A stretch of DNA of 58,859 bases, taken from positions 1 to 58,859 of the forward strand of contig DYDE01000008.1 in the NCBI GenBank assembly GCA_020718065.1. Reading direction: 5' to 3'. Source of the stretch: Marinifilum sp. GTDB lineage: Bacteria; Bacteroidota; Bacteroidia; Bacteroidales; CG2-30-32-10. Positions within the stretch are counted from its first letter, which is position 1; each line of letters starts with the position of its first letter. The position numbers and the translations under genes are program-made. This document shows positions 19,162 to 26,220 of the stretch, in pieces. The notes under the pieces are model-generated. The model had not been told where the DNA came from and did not search any database. It saw only the letters and a program-made list of their open reading frames with translations.

Positions 19162-19463
19162 ACTCAAATATAACTATTACAGTAATGAATTTTAAAGAAG
19201 AAATTTTTTTTATAAAATTTAATGCATTAATGCGCAAAAGTCATTTTATTAAAGGTCTTAAAAGAAGAAGTTTTTTCTTTTCAAAAGATACCATTGAATT
19301 TTATAAAGAACAAAGTATCTACTATTTCAATTTTGTTCGAGAACATAAAGTAGTTTATAAACCAAAACCACAACGTTTTGAACCTAAACAAACCATTCAA
19401 CCGAAAAGCAATTTACAATCCAAATGGAAAAGAAGCCTAATAAAGTCTTTTAATAGCAAATAA
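19158..19463 (+). CDS. basic hypothetical protein
   Basis: 101 aa, K/R-rich, with an ATGA overlap with the primase stop. Confidence 0.4.
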   Translation: MNSNITITVMNFKEEIFFIKFNALMRKSHFIKGLKRRSFFFSKDTIEFYKEQSIYYFNFVREHKVVYKPKPQRFEPKQTIQPKSNLQSKWKRSLIKSFNSK

Positions 19464-19487
19464 TTTTAACCTTTTAAAAATAATTAT

Positions 19488-19985
19488 ATGAAACAAGGAA
19501 TGGGTTCACACCAATCAACAAAAATGCTAAATGATGAATGGATTACACCGAAACATATTTTTAACGGATTGGGGCATTTTGATTTAGATCCCTGCGCTCC
19601 TCTAAATCCTCCTTATAAAATCGCAGATGTGCATTATAGCAAAGAAGAAAATGGATTAATAAAAAATTGGTTTGGTAGAGTTTGGCTTAATCCTCCATAT
19701 GGAAATGAAACTGCTAAATGGCTGAATAAATTAAGTGTTCATCAAAATGGCATTGCTTTAATATTTGCTCGTACAGAAACAAAAATGTTTTTTGAACATG
19801 TATGGAATAAGGCTAAAGCAATTAAATTTATTGAAGGAAGATTATTTTTTCATTATGTTGATGGAACAAAAGCAAAATCTAATTCTGGAGCTCCTTCAGT
19901 TTTAATTGCATATGATTATTATAATGCAGGAATTCTAATAGATTCTGAAATACCTGGTAAACTTATATTTTTAAATAATAAATAA
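19488..19985 (+). CDS. phage-type DNA N6-adenine methyltransferase (Dam, PF05869-like)
   Basis: [10 protein letters not shown]...FDLDPCAP...WLNPPYG...ARTETKMF...APSVLIAY matches the phage Dam family pattern, including NPPY. Confidence 0.8.
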   Translation: MKQGMGSHQSTKMLNDEWITPKHIFNGLGHFDLDPCAPLNPPYKIADVHYSKEENGLIKNWFGRVWLNPPYGNETAKWLNKLSVHQNGIALIFARTETKMFFEHVWNKAKAIKFIEGRLFFHYVDGTKAKSNSGAPSVLIAYDYYNAGILIDSEIPGKLIFLNNK

Positions 19986-20002
19986 TTAAAATCAAAAACC
20001 CT

Positions 20003-20137
20003 ATGAAAGCAGTCAATTATAAATTTAAAAAAAATTCGGATACAGTAGTTAAAGTCCGCAAAACCAAAAGAAACGAACCCTGCCCCTGTGGATCAGGAAA
20101 AAAATTTAAACATTGTTGTTTAGATATGAAATATTAA
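20003..20137 (+). CDS. 44-aa SEC-C metal-binding motif peptide (below the ORF-track cutoff)
   Basis: [44 protein letters not shown]. The motif [16 protein letters not shown] is the canonical [12 protein letters not shown]-x-K-x-CC signature. Confidence 0.6.
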   Translation: MKAVNYKFKKNSDTVVKVRKTKRNEPCPCGSGKKFKHCCLDMKY

Positions 20138-20155
20138 TTATTAAACCCCGATCGT

Positions 20156-20431
20156 ATGAACAAAAAAGTTATTTCTGAATTGAAACTCTTATTATTTCCA
20201 CTATTATTTCAGTTATTCTTATTTTATATATATAGTATTATTCCATCGTGGTGTTTTATTCCATGGCTTGTAGCCTTGCAAATTTCAATAATCTGTTGGT
20301 TAATACACTTCTTATATAATAAAATATATTCTTTTAAATTAACTATTGTTTTTGCTTATATCATATTAATTACTTACATAATTGATGTAATCATAGAAAT
20401 AATTAAAATTATTAATAATATTCATTTATAA
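20156..20431 (+). CDS. small polytopic membrane protein
   Basis: 91 aa, almost entirely hydrophobic, with about 3 TM helices. Confidence 0.5.
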   Translation: MNKKVISELKLLLFPLLFQLFLFYIYSIIPSWCFIPWLVALQISIICWLIHFLYNKIYSFKLTIVFAYIILITYIIDVIIEIIKIINNIHL

Positions 20432-20443
20432 AACCCCGATCGT

Positions 20444-21106
20444 ATGAACAAAACAAATATAGAATGGTGCGATTACACCTGGAACCCTATAGTAGGGTGT
20501 AAAAATGATTGTTACTATTGTTATGCTAAAGAACTCCATAATATGAGACATTTAGCATATTGGGATGGTAAAAAATTACCCGAACAATATAAAAAACTAT
20601 TTAGCGAAATACAATTCTTCCCGGAGCGTCTCAAAAAACCTGCAACGCTAAAAACCCCTTCAAAAATATTTGTAGGATCTATGGCTGGTATTTTCGAACA
20701 TTCAACTTTGTTTGAAGGAAAAGTTCAAGGTATGATCAATGAAGTTTTAAATACCATCAAACTTAATCCCCAACATACTTTTATGTTTTTGACAAAAAAC
20801 CCCTGGGGTTATGAAAATTATGAATTTCCTGAAAACTGTATGCTAGGACTTACGATGACCAACGGATACTATGAAGGGAAACTTATTTTTTTCGCTAATA
20901 ATATAAAAGGTAAAAAATTTTTAAGCCTGGAGCCTATAACAGAAACTTTTGAAAATATTGATTTTATGCAGTATTGCGACTCCATAGAACAAATAATAAT
21001 AGGAGCTATGAGTGGCAAAGATAAAATTATACCTCAAAAACATTGGTTTGATTGCATAAAACATCCTAATATTTTATACAAGAATAACATTAAAAAATAT
21101 TTATAA
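20444..21106 (+). CDS. DUF5131 / phage Gp37-Gp68 family protein (three-Cys motif)
   Basis: The N-terminus TNIEWCDYTWNPIVGCKNDCYYCYA matches the family signature (IEW..tWNp..GC...C..CYA). Confidence 0.75.
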   Translation: MNKTNIEWCDYTWNPIVGCKNDCYYCYAKELHNMRHLAYWDGKKLPEQYKKLFSEIQFFPERLKKPATLKTPSKIFVGSMAGIFEHSTLFEGKVQGMINEVLNTIKLNPQHTFMFLTKNPWGYENYEFPENCMLGLTMTNGYYEGKLIFFANNIKGKKFLSLEPITETFENIDFMQYCDSIEQIIIGAMSGKDKIIPQKHWFDCIKHPNILYKNNIKKYL

Positions 21107-21125
21107 TTATTAAACTCCTAATTAT

Positions 21126-21713
21126 ATGAGTAAAATTGGTCAAGATTTATATTTAAAATTTGGTGAAGCTTCTTTATTCGTAGAAGAAAATCCTATTGAT
21201 TCTGCTGTTTTTAATCTTAATAAAACGTATCGTTATTGTCTTATAAGGACATGGGATAAAAGCAAACCTTTTGTTATGTTCATAGGTTTAAATCCATCAA
21301 CTGCTGATGGAATCAATAACGATGCAACAATAAGACGTTGTAAAACTTTAGCTTTCAATCTTGGTTATGGTGGTTTGTATATGCTCAACTGCTTTGCATT
21401 TATTTCTACTGATCCCAAAAAACTTGTTTACGATCCTGAATTGATTGAAAGAAATAACGACTGGTTAGAAACAATCTCAAAAAAATGCGCTGATGTTGTT
21501 TTCTGCTGGGGCAATTTCAAGATTGTAAAAGAAACCAAAAGAGACCAGGAAATAATTAAAATGTTTCCTGATGCTAAAGTATTAGGGCTTAACAAAAATG
21601 GAAGCCCAAAACATCCGCTTTATATGCCTTCCGATACCAAGCTTATAAGTTATAGTGATGCAATAGAATTACAAATGCAGTACTATAAGATTATTAAATT
21701 ACAAAATAAATAA
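21126..21713 (+). CDS. DUF1643-family protein
   Basis: VMFIGLNPSTADGINNDATIRRCKTLAFNLGYGGLYMLNCFA matches the DUF1643 core (NPStAd...D.T.rrc...gyGg..v.Nlfa). Confidence 0.7.
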   Translation: MSKIGQDLYLKFGEASLFVEENPIDSAVFNLNKTYRYCLIRTWDKSKPFVMFIGLNPSTADGINNDATIRRCKTLAFNLGYGGLYMLNCFAFISTDPKKLVYDPELIERNNDWLETISKKCADVVFCWGNFKIVKETKRDQEIIKMFPDAKVLGLNKNGSPKHPLYMPSDTKLISYSDAIELQMQYYKIIKLQNK

Positions 21714-22403
21714 ATGAAATATCCCGGACAAAAAAACATACCTGGACTGATCCAAAAGATAGTTAATGAAATTCCTTATTGTTCAGAATTTTATGAATTA
21801 TTTGCCGGCTCAGCTGCAGTAAGTCGTTTTTTATCTGTACTCCCTGGCGTAAAAGTTAAATTTTACTTAAATGATATTTCACCGGTGGTTACAGAAAAAA
21901 ATAGCTGTACGGTACCTAAAGATAAATTTATCTGTACCAGCTGTGATTATTTTGAGTTTTTTCAAAAATATCTGTACGCTCCGGATCCTACAGACAAATT
22001 TATTTTTTTAGATCCTCCTTATTTGCATTCAACCCGGCCTGATAATACTGCTATTTACGATTTTGAAATGACAGAAAATGATCATATACAGTTATTAAAA
22101 TCTGTACAAGATCTAAAAATAAATACAATGATCATTCACCCGGTTTGCGAATTGTATGAAACTTATCTGAAGGACTGGCGATATCATACAGTCAAAATAA
22201 GATACCATCAAAAACTTAGTATCGAAAAATTATATATGAATTATGAAAAACCTTCTAAGCTACTTACCACATCTTATTTAGGTATAGATTGCTGGGACAG
22301 ACAAAGAATTAAACGCAAAGGAGAAAGAATTATAAACAAAATTAATAATCTCCCACCCCACGAAAAACAATATATCCTTGAACGAATTAAAGAAATTAAA
22401 TAA
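21714..22403 (+). CDS. D12-class (Dam-like) DNA N6-adenine methyltransferase
   Basis: YPGQKN...ELFAGSAAV (SAM-binding motif FxGxG-like) together with FLDPPYLHS (catalytic DPPY). Confidence 0.75.
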   Translation: MKYPGQKNIPGLIQKIVNEIPYCSEFYELFAGSAAVSRFLSVLPGVKVKFYLNDISPVVTEKNSCTVPKDKFICTSCDYFEFFQKYLYAPDPTDKFIFLDPPYLHSTRPDNTAIYDFEMTENDHIQLLKSVQDLKINTMIIHPVCELYETYLKDWRYHTVKIRYHQKLSIEKLYMNYEKPSKLLTTSYLGIDCWDRQRIKRKGERIINKINNLPPHEKQYILERIKEIK

Positions 22404-22423
22404 CCCTTAAACCCCCCGACATT

Positions 22424-22891
22424 ATGAACGAATTAAAACAAGAAAACAACATAATAATAAGACAGCTCTCATGGAAGCAGCCTTTTGCGTCTCTTATGCT
22501 GCATGGCAAAATTGAAACAAGGAGATGGAAAACTAATTACCGGGGGCTTGTGCTTATTTGTGCCAGCAAGCAATTATATAGTGAAGATGTATTGGAAAGC
22601 ATTTCAGGCCATAATCAAATTATAAGAATTATAAATATGCTCCATCCTATCAATCTTGAAGATACATTAGGAAAAACAATTGCAGTAGGTAATTTGGCAG
22701 ATTGCAGACCAATGCAACCAAGCGATGAAGATAGCTGCTTTGTTAAATATTATCCCGATCTGTTTTGCCATATTTACGAGAAAGTAAGGCCTGTAAATCA
22801 AATCCCCTGGAAAGGTTCTCAGGGGTGGCGAACCCTTACTGAAGATCAAAAAAAATTATTGCATTATGTAGATTGGCAACCTTTTTTTTAA
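22424..22891 (+). CDS. ASCH-domain-like protein
   Basis: IRQLSWKQPFASLMLHGKIETRRWKTNY resembles the ASCH beta-barrel N-terminal motif. Confidence 0.5.
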   Translation: MNELKQENNIIIRQLSWKQPFASLMLHGKIETRRWKTNYRGLVLICASKQLYSEDVLESISGHNQIIRIINMLHPINLEDTLGKTIAVGNLADCRPMQPSDEDSCFVKYYPDLFCHIYEKVRPVNQIPWKGSQGWRTLTEDQKKLLHYVDWQPFF

Positions 22892-22909
22892 AATATAAAC
22901 ATTAAAATT

Positions 22910-23356
22910 ATGGAACTATATTTAGATCCTGTTTTTAAGAAAAAAAACAGATACAAAATTATATGGACAGAAGAAATGCTTAAAATTCTTTCTGAAAAGT
23001 TTGCAACCACTTATAATAAAGTACTGGCTAAAGAATTAAATGTTTCCTGGCGTTCATTGATCAGAAAAGCAAGGGAACTTGGACTTGAAAAAGAACCAAA
23101 TTTCCTTGATAAAAATAGATCGGAAATTTCTAAAATGGCAGTAAAAGCACACCCACCACATCCTTTTAAAGGAGTTAAAGGCTGGAGCGTTCCCAATAGC
23201 GAAAATACCAGATTTGAAAAAGGCTGCTTATCAAATATGCATGATCCTGAAATAGTTAAAAAAGTTCACGAAAAAAGAAATAAAACTATTAAAACTGAAC
23301 GTATTCGCATACGCTACGGATTACCCAGGAAAACAAAATTGAAGTTAAACTTTTAA
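22910..23356 (+). CDS. hypothetical HTH-containing protein
   Basis: NKVLAKELNVSWRSLIRKARELGLEK looks like an HTH, and the C-terminus is basic. Confidence 0.4.
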   Translation: MELYLDPVFKKKNRYKIIWTEEMLKILSEKFATTYNKVLAKELNVSWRSLIRKARELGLEKEPNFLDKNRSEISKMAVKAHPPHPFKGVKGWSVPNSENTRFEKGCLSNMHDPEIVKKVHEKRNKTIKTERIRIRYGLPRKTKLKLNF

Positions 23357-23384
23357 AATATAAACCTTTAAACAATTAAAAATT

Positions 23385-23588
23385 ATGAACGAATTAACTG
23401 TTGTTAGAGAAAATTTAATGAATATAGAAGGTTATAGTGGTTATTGTGGTGAAATGGAAAAATGTACAAAAGGAATGCCACGGACAAAGTGGAATAAAGA
23501 AAAAAACCAATTTACTTGTGATTGTGGCTGGATAAGTAAATATCCTGATGATTTCATTCAACGCTATAAAAAACGTTGGAATAAATAA
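23385..23588 (+). CDS. small Cys-rich (zinc-binding?) protein
   Basis: 67 aa with cysteines at YCGEMEKC and FTCDC. Confidence 0.4.
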   Translation: MNELTVVRENLMNIEGYSGYCGEMEKCTKGMPRTKWNKEKNQFTCDCGWISKYPDDFIQRYKKRWNK

Positions 23589-23621
23589 TTTAAATTATAA
23601 ACCTTAAAACAATTAAAAATT

Positions 23622-24005
23622 ATGAACTGGATAAAATATAAAGGCTATTCTGATGATGAAACATTCAAAGCCGGTACCTTGCTTAAACTTATGGATGATA
23701 GTTTAATAATGCTTGGTGACGCAAATCTTAATTTAGGTAATTGCGATTGTTGCCATATTACTAAAATAAAATTATATTGCAATGACTTTACAGAAGAATG
23801 CAATTACATTAAAGAAAATGCAAACAAGCATCCTTTAAATGAACATATCAATTTCAGATCACTTCTTAAAAAATATATGGACTATATAGATGATGAAGGA
23901 GGTTCTAATTATACATCTAGTGTTCGGTTGGAAGCTTGTTTATTTAGCAAAGCTGAAATCGATTATTTAAAAGAAATTGGTAAAATAAATGATATAGTAA
24001 AATAA
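23622..24005 (+). CDS. hypothetical protein
   Basis: A 127-aa ORF. Its start region is a near-identical copy of the previous gene's start region. Confidence 0.45.
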   Translation: MNWIKYKGYSDDETFKAGTLLKLMDDSLIMLGDANLNLGNCDCCHITKIKLYCNDFTEECNYIKENANKHPLNEHINFRSLLKKYMDYIDDEGGSNYTSSVRLEACLFSKAEIDYLKEIGKINDIVK

Positions 24006-24086
24006 ATTTTATTTTCTATCTGTTTTTAATTTTATTCTTTAAATTTGTTCATTAAACATTATTAATTAATTTAAATCTAAACCATT

Positions 24087-24542
24087 ATGAAAAAAGTAAA
24101 CATTATTTTTTTAGCATTAATATTTATTAGTGCTATTGTTACAACCTCTAGTTGCAAAAAAGAAAAAACAAAAGGATGTACAGATAAAGATAGTAAAAAT
24201 TATAGCTCAGCAGCTGAAGAAGATGACGGTTCATGTCAGTATGAAGGAAGTATTGTTTTTTGGTATAATCAAGCAACATCTACAGAATTAGTTAATGATG
24301 GGGCAATTACTTTAACTTATTATGTCGATGGAAAACTTGTAGGTTCATCTGCAGCTAATGTTTATTTTCCAAATGCTCCTGAATGTAGCCAAAATGGGTC
24401 TATAACTGTTACTAAAGATTTAGGTAGTACAAAATCAAAATCTTTTTCTTATAGTATAAAAGATCAAACAGATTGGGAATATTTTAAAGGAACAATTACG
24501 TTTGAAGCTAATACCTGTATGAAAACACAACTAAGCAACTAA
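24087..24542 (+). CDS. lipoprotein (moron / superinfection-exclusion candidate)
   Basis: Signal peptide with lipobox (VTTSSC), a beta-rich mature part, and a TAAATTTG -7-like box at 24040..24047. Confidence 0.6.
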   Translation: MKKVNIIFLALIFISAIVTTSSCKKEKTKGCTDKDSKNYSSAAEEDDGSCQYEGSIVFWYNQATSTELVNDGAITLTYYVDGKLVGSSAANVYFPNAPECSQNGSITVTKDLGSTKSKSFSYSIKDQTDWEYFKGTITFEANTCMKTQLSN

Positions 24543-24561
24543 AAATTTTTTAAATTTATCT

Positions 24562-24591
24562 TGATTTTTTATTTATTTGTTGTATATTTGT
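24562..24591 (+). promoter_or_regulatory. candidate Bacteroidota sigma-A promoter
   Basis: TTG(24562..24564)-N19-TATATTTG(24584..24591). Confidence 0.5.
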
Positions 24592-24636
24592 ATCGACTTA
24601 CAATTATTAATAAAAATGAAAGAATTTTTAATTTAT

Positions 24637-24711
24637 AACCAGCTCAGCATAGGTGCAAGTCCTATTCATTCCTACATTAGTAGTTGTGAGTCACCAGAGC
24701 TGGTTTTTTTA
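24637..24711 (+). ncRNA. structured leader / small RNA ending in an intrinsic terminator
   Basis: A 9-bp closing stem AACCAGCTC(24637..24645)/GAGCTGGTT(24697..24705) is followed by T7. Internal hairpins are ATAGG-tgcaagt-CCTAT and CTAC-atta-GTAG. Confidence 0.4.
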
Positions 24712-24733
24712 TTTAACTTAATCTTTTTCAATT

Positions 24734-25162
24734 ATGACTCACAACGAAAAAGCCAAACATCTCAAAGATATTGGCAAAGCAATTCAAAAAATTATGGCTA
24801 TTGATGGTATTACCATTTCTGATAGCGAAGCGCTCTCAATCGAAGTTAATTCTTATTACATCTTTCCGGGCGAACAAATTGACATCGATCTCAATCTTAC
24901 CTTAAAAGATAATACAAACAATCCGTTTGTGTTAAACAATCCTGTTAGTAAACATTTTTTAAATTGGGCAGACAAAACCCTTAAAGCTGAAGAAACATAC
25001 AATGTTTTCGAATTGTGGAAAGATTTCCCAGCTTCAGCTGATGAAAGAAGTTTCAAAGAAGAGCTTATTAACTACTTTAAACTCAAAGAAATTAAATTCT
25101 TTTTCGACAACATTGGTCTCAAAGAAACTGTTTGCATTTTAAAGAAAGGAGGTTCAAAATGA
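24734..25162 (+). CDS. hypothetical protein
   Basis: A 142-aa ORF. Its first 12 nt are the right arm of an 11-bp inverted repeat with the leader. Confidence 0.5.
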   Translation: MTHNEKAKHLKDIGKAIQKIMAIDGITISDSEALSIEVNSYYIFPGEQIDIDLNLTLKDNTNNPFVLNNPVSKHFLNWADKTLKAEETYNVFELWKDFPASADERSFKEELINYFKLKEIKFFFDNIGLKETVCILKKGGSK

Positions 25163-25392
25163 GTAAAAACATCAATCAGCAAATTCCTGTTAATATTAAT
25201 GGGTTGATGCTAACTCCCAGAGCTATAGAAGTGCTTAAAAACATGCAGGATACTCCAAAGGATGATATTTACTGCATTATCGAAATCATCCGCAAAACTT
25301 GTAGCGATCCTGATCGCTCAGAAGAAGCAGCTTATCTTTGGTGGTTGTACGATCTGCTTAAACAACTGGATATAAATAAAGAGATTGTATAG
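25159..25392 (+). CDS. hypothetical protein
   Basis: ATG at 25159 makes an ATGA overlap with the upstream stop, and AAGGAGGT lies 5 nt upstream. The ORF-track start 25132 is TTG. Confidence 0.5.
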   Translation: MSKNINQQIPVNINGLMLTPRAIEVLKNMQDTPKDDIYCIIEIIRKTCSDPDRSEEAAYLWWLYDLLKQLDINKEIV

Positions 25393-25406
25393 CTTATTAT
25401 AACTGA

Positions 25407-25729
25407 ATTATTTATTTGAAAATCTTAATCAAAGTTAATAATTCTCCTACCCACAGCAAGGTCAAGTGCTTTGCATTTATTCAAAAAAATTAAAATAAAG
25501 GAGCTGCTTTCAGTTCCTTTTTTTTTTAATGATTCCATTAATTACGCTTCCATTTCATTACGTCTGGGTATTCGTTCCTTTACCCGCTCCATTTCATTGA
25601 CGCTCTTTAATGGCATCACCAAATTTTATAATGTATCTGCAGCACCTTTATTTTAATTTTTTTGACCTAAAACCTTGCTTCTCCCCTCCCACATTATTGG
25701 TATTTGCTTAAGATTTTCAAATAAATAAT
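25407..25729. repeat. 279-bp segment flanked by a perfect 22-bp inverted repeat; contains a terminator and three iterons
   Basis: ATTATTTATTTGAAAATCTTAA (25407..25428) versus its exact reverse complement (25708..25729). Iterons TTCCATTAATTACGC (25533), TTCCATTTCATTACG (25548) and CTCCATTTCATTGACG (25587). Confidence 0.8.
25500..25527 (+). terminator. rho-independent terminator inside the IR-flanked segment
   Basis: GGAGCTG-cttt-CAGTTCC forms a 7-bp stem with one G-U pair, followed by T10. Confidence 0.7.
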
Positions 25730-25749
25730 AATAATTTAAATTTTAAGCT

Positions 25750-26220
25750 ATGAAACTACATTATTTTATTAATTGCGAAAGCATTCCCGAAGCTAAGCAA
25801 CTGTACAAAACTTTAGCTTTGTTACATCATCCCGATCGGGGTGGCGACACTGCAACCATGCAAGCCATCAATGGGGAGTTCGAATATTTTGTAAATGAGT
25901 ACTCCCGGGTGTATAATTCTGATCAGGAATCAAAGGCAGAAACTTTTCTTTACCAGGATGTGATCAACTCCATTATTTCCTTTAATATCACCATTGAGTT
26001 GATAGGTAATTGGATATGGGTTTCGGGCAATACTTACGAATACCGGAAGCAACTAAAAGGCTTAGGCTTTCTGTTTGCTCCAAAAAAAGTGATGTGGTTC
26101 TATCGTTCAGAAGAGTTTGCTACACGTAACCGCAAAGAGATGGATATAGATTCCATACGTGCAATACATGGCTCTCAGGTTATCAATAACAAATCAAAGC
26201 AAAATCAATTGCCTTTCTGA
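25750..26220 (+). CDS. J-domain (DnaJ-like co-chaperone) protein
   Basis: AKQLYKTLALLHHPDRGGD carries the HPD tripeptide in a helix II/III context. The C-terminus has WIWVSGNTYEYRKQLKGLGFLFAPKKVMWFY. Confidence 0.75.
   Translation: MKLHYFINCESIPEAKQLYKTLALLHHPDRGGDTATMQAINGEFEYFVNEYSRVYNSDQESKAETFLYQDVINSIISFNITIELIGNWIWVSGNTYEYRKQLKGLGFLFAPKKVMWFYRSEEFATRNRKEMDIDSIRAIHGSQVINNKSKQNQLPF

Noticed and set aside
24577-24804. 75-aa ORF overlapping the leader structure and the start of ORF 24734
   Set aside because: It reads straight through a 9-bp-stem/T7 terminator and overlaps the better-supported 142-aa ORF in another frame. It is probably spurious.
25471-25656. 61-aa ORF inside the inverted-repeat-flanked cassette
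   Set aside because: It begins at a non-ATG codon and runs through an intrinsic terminator (25500..25527) and the iteron repeats. Its low-complexity product looks like an artefact of the repeats. I treat it as non-coding.
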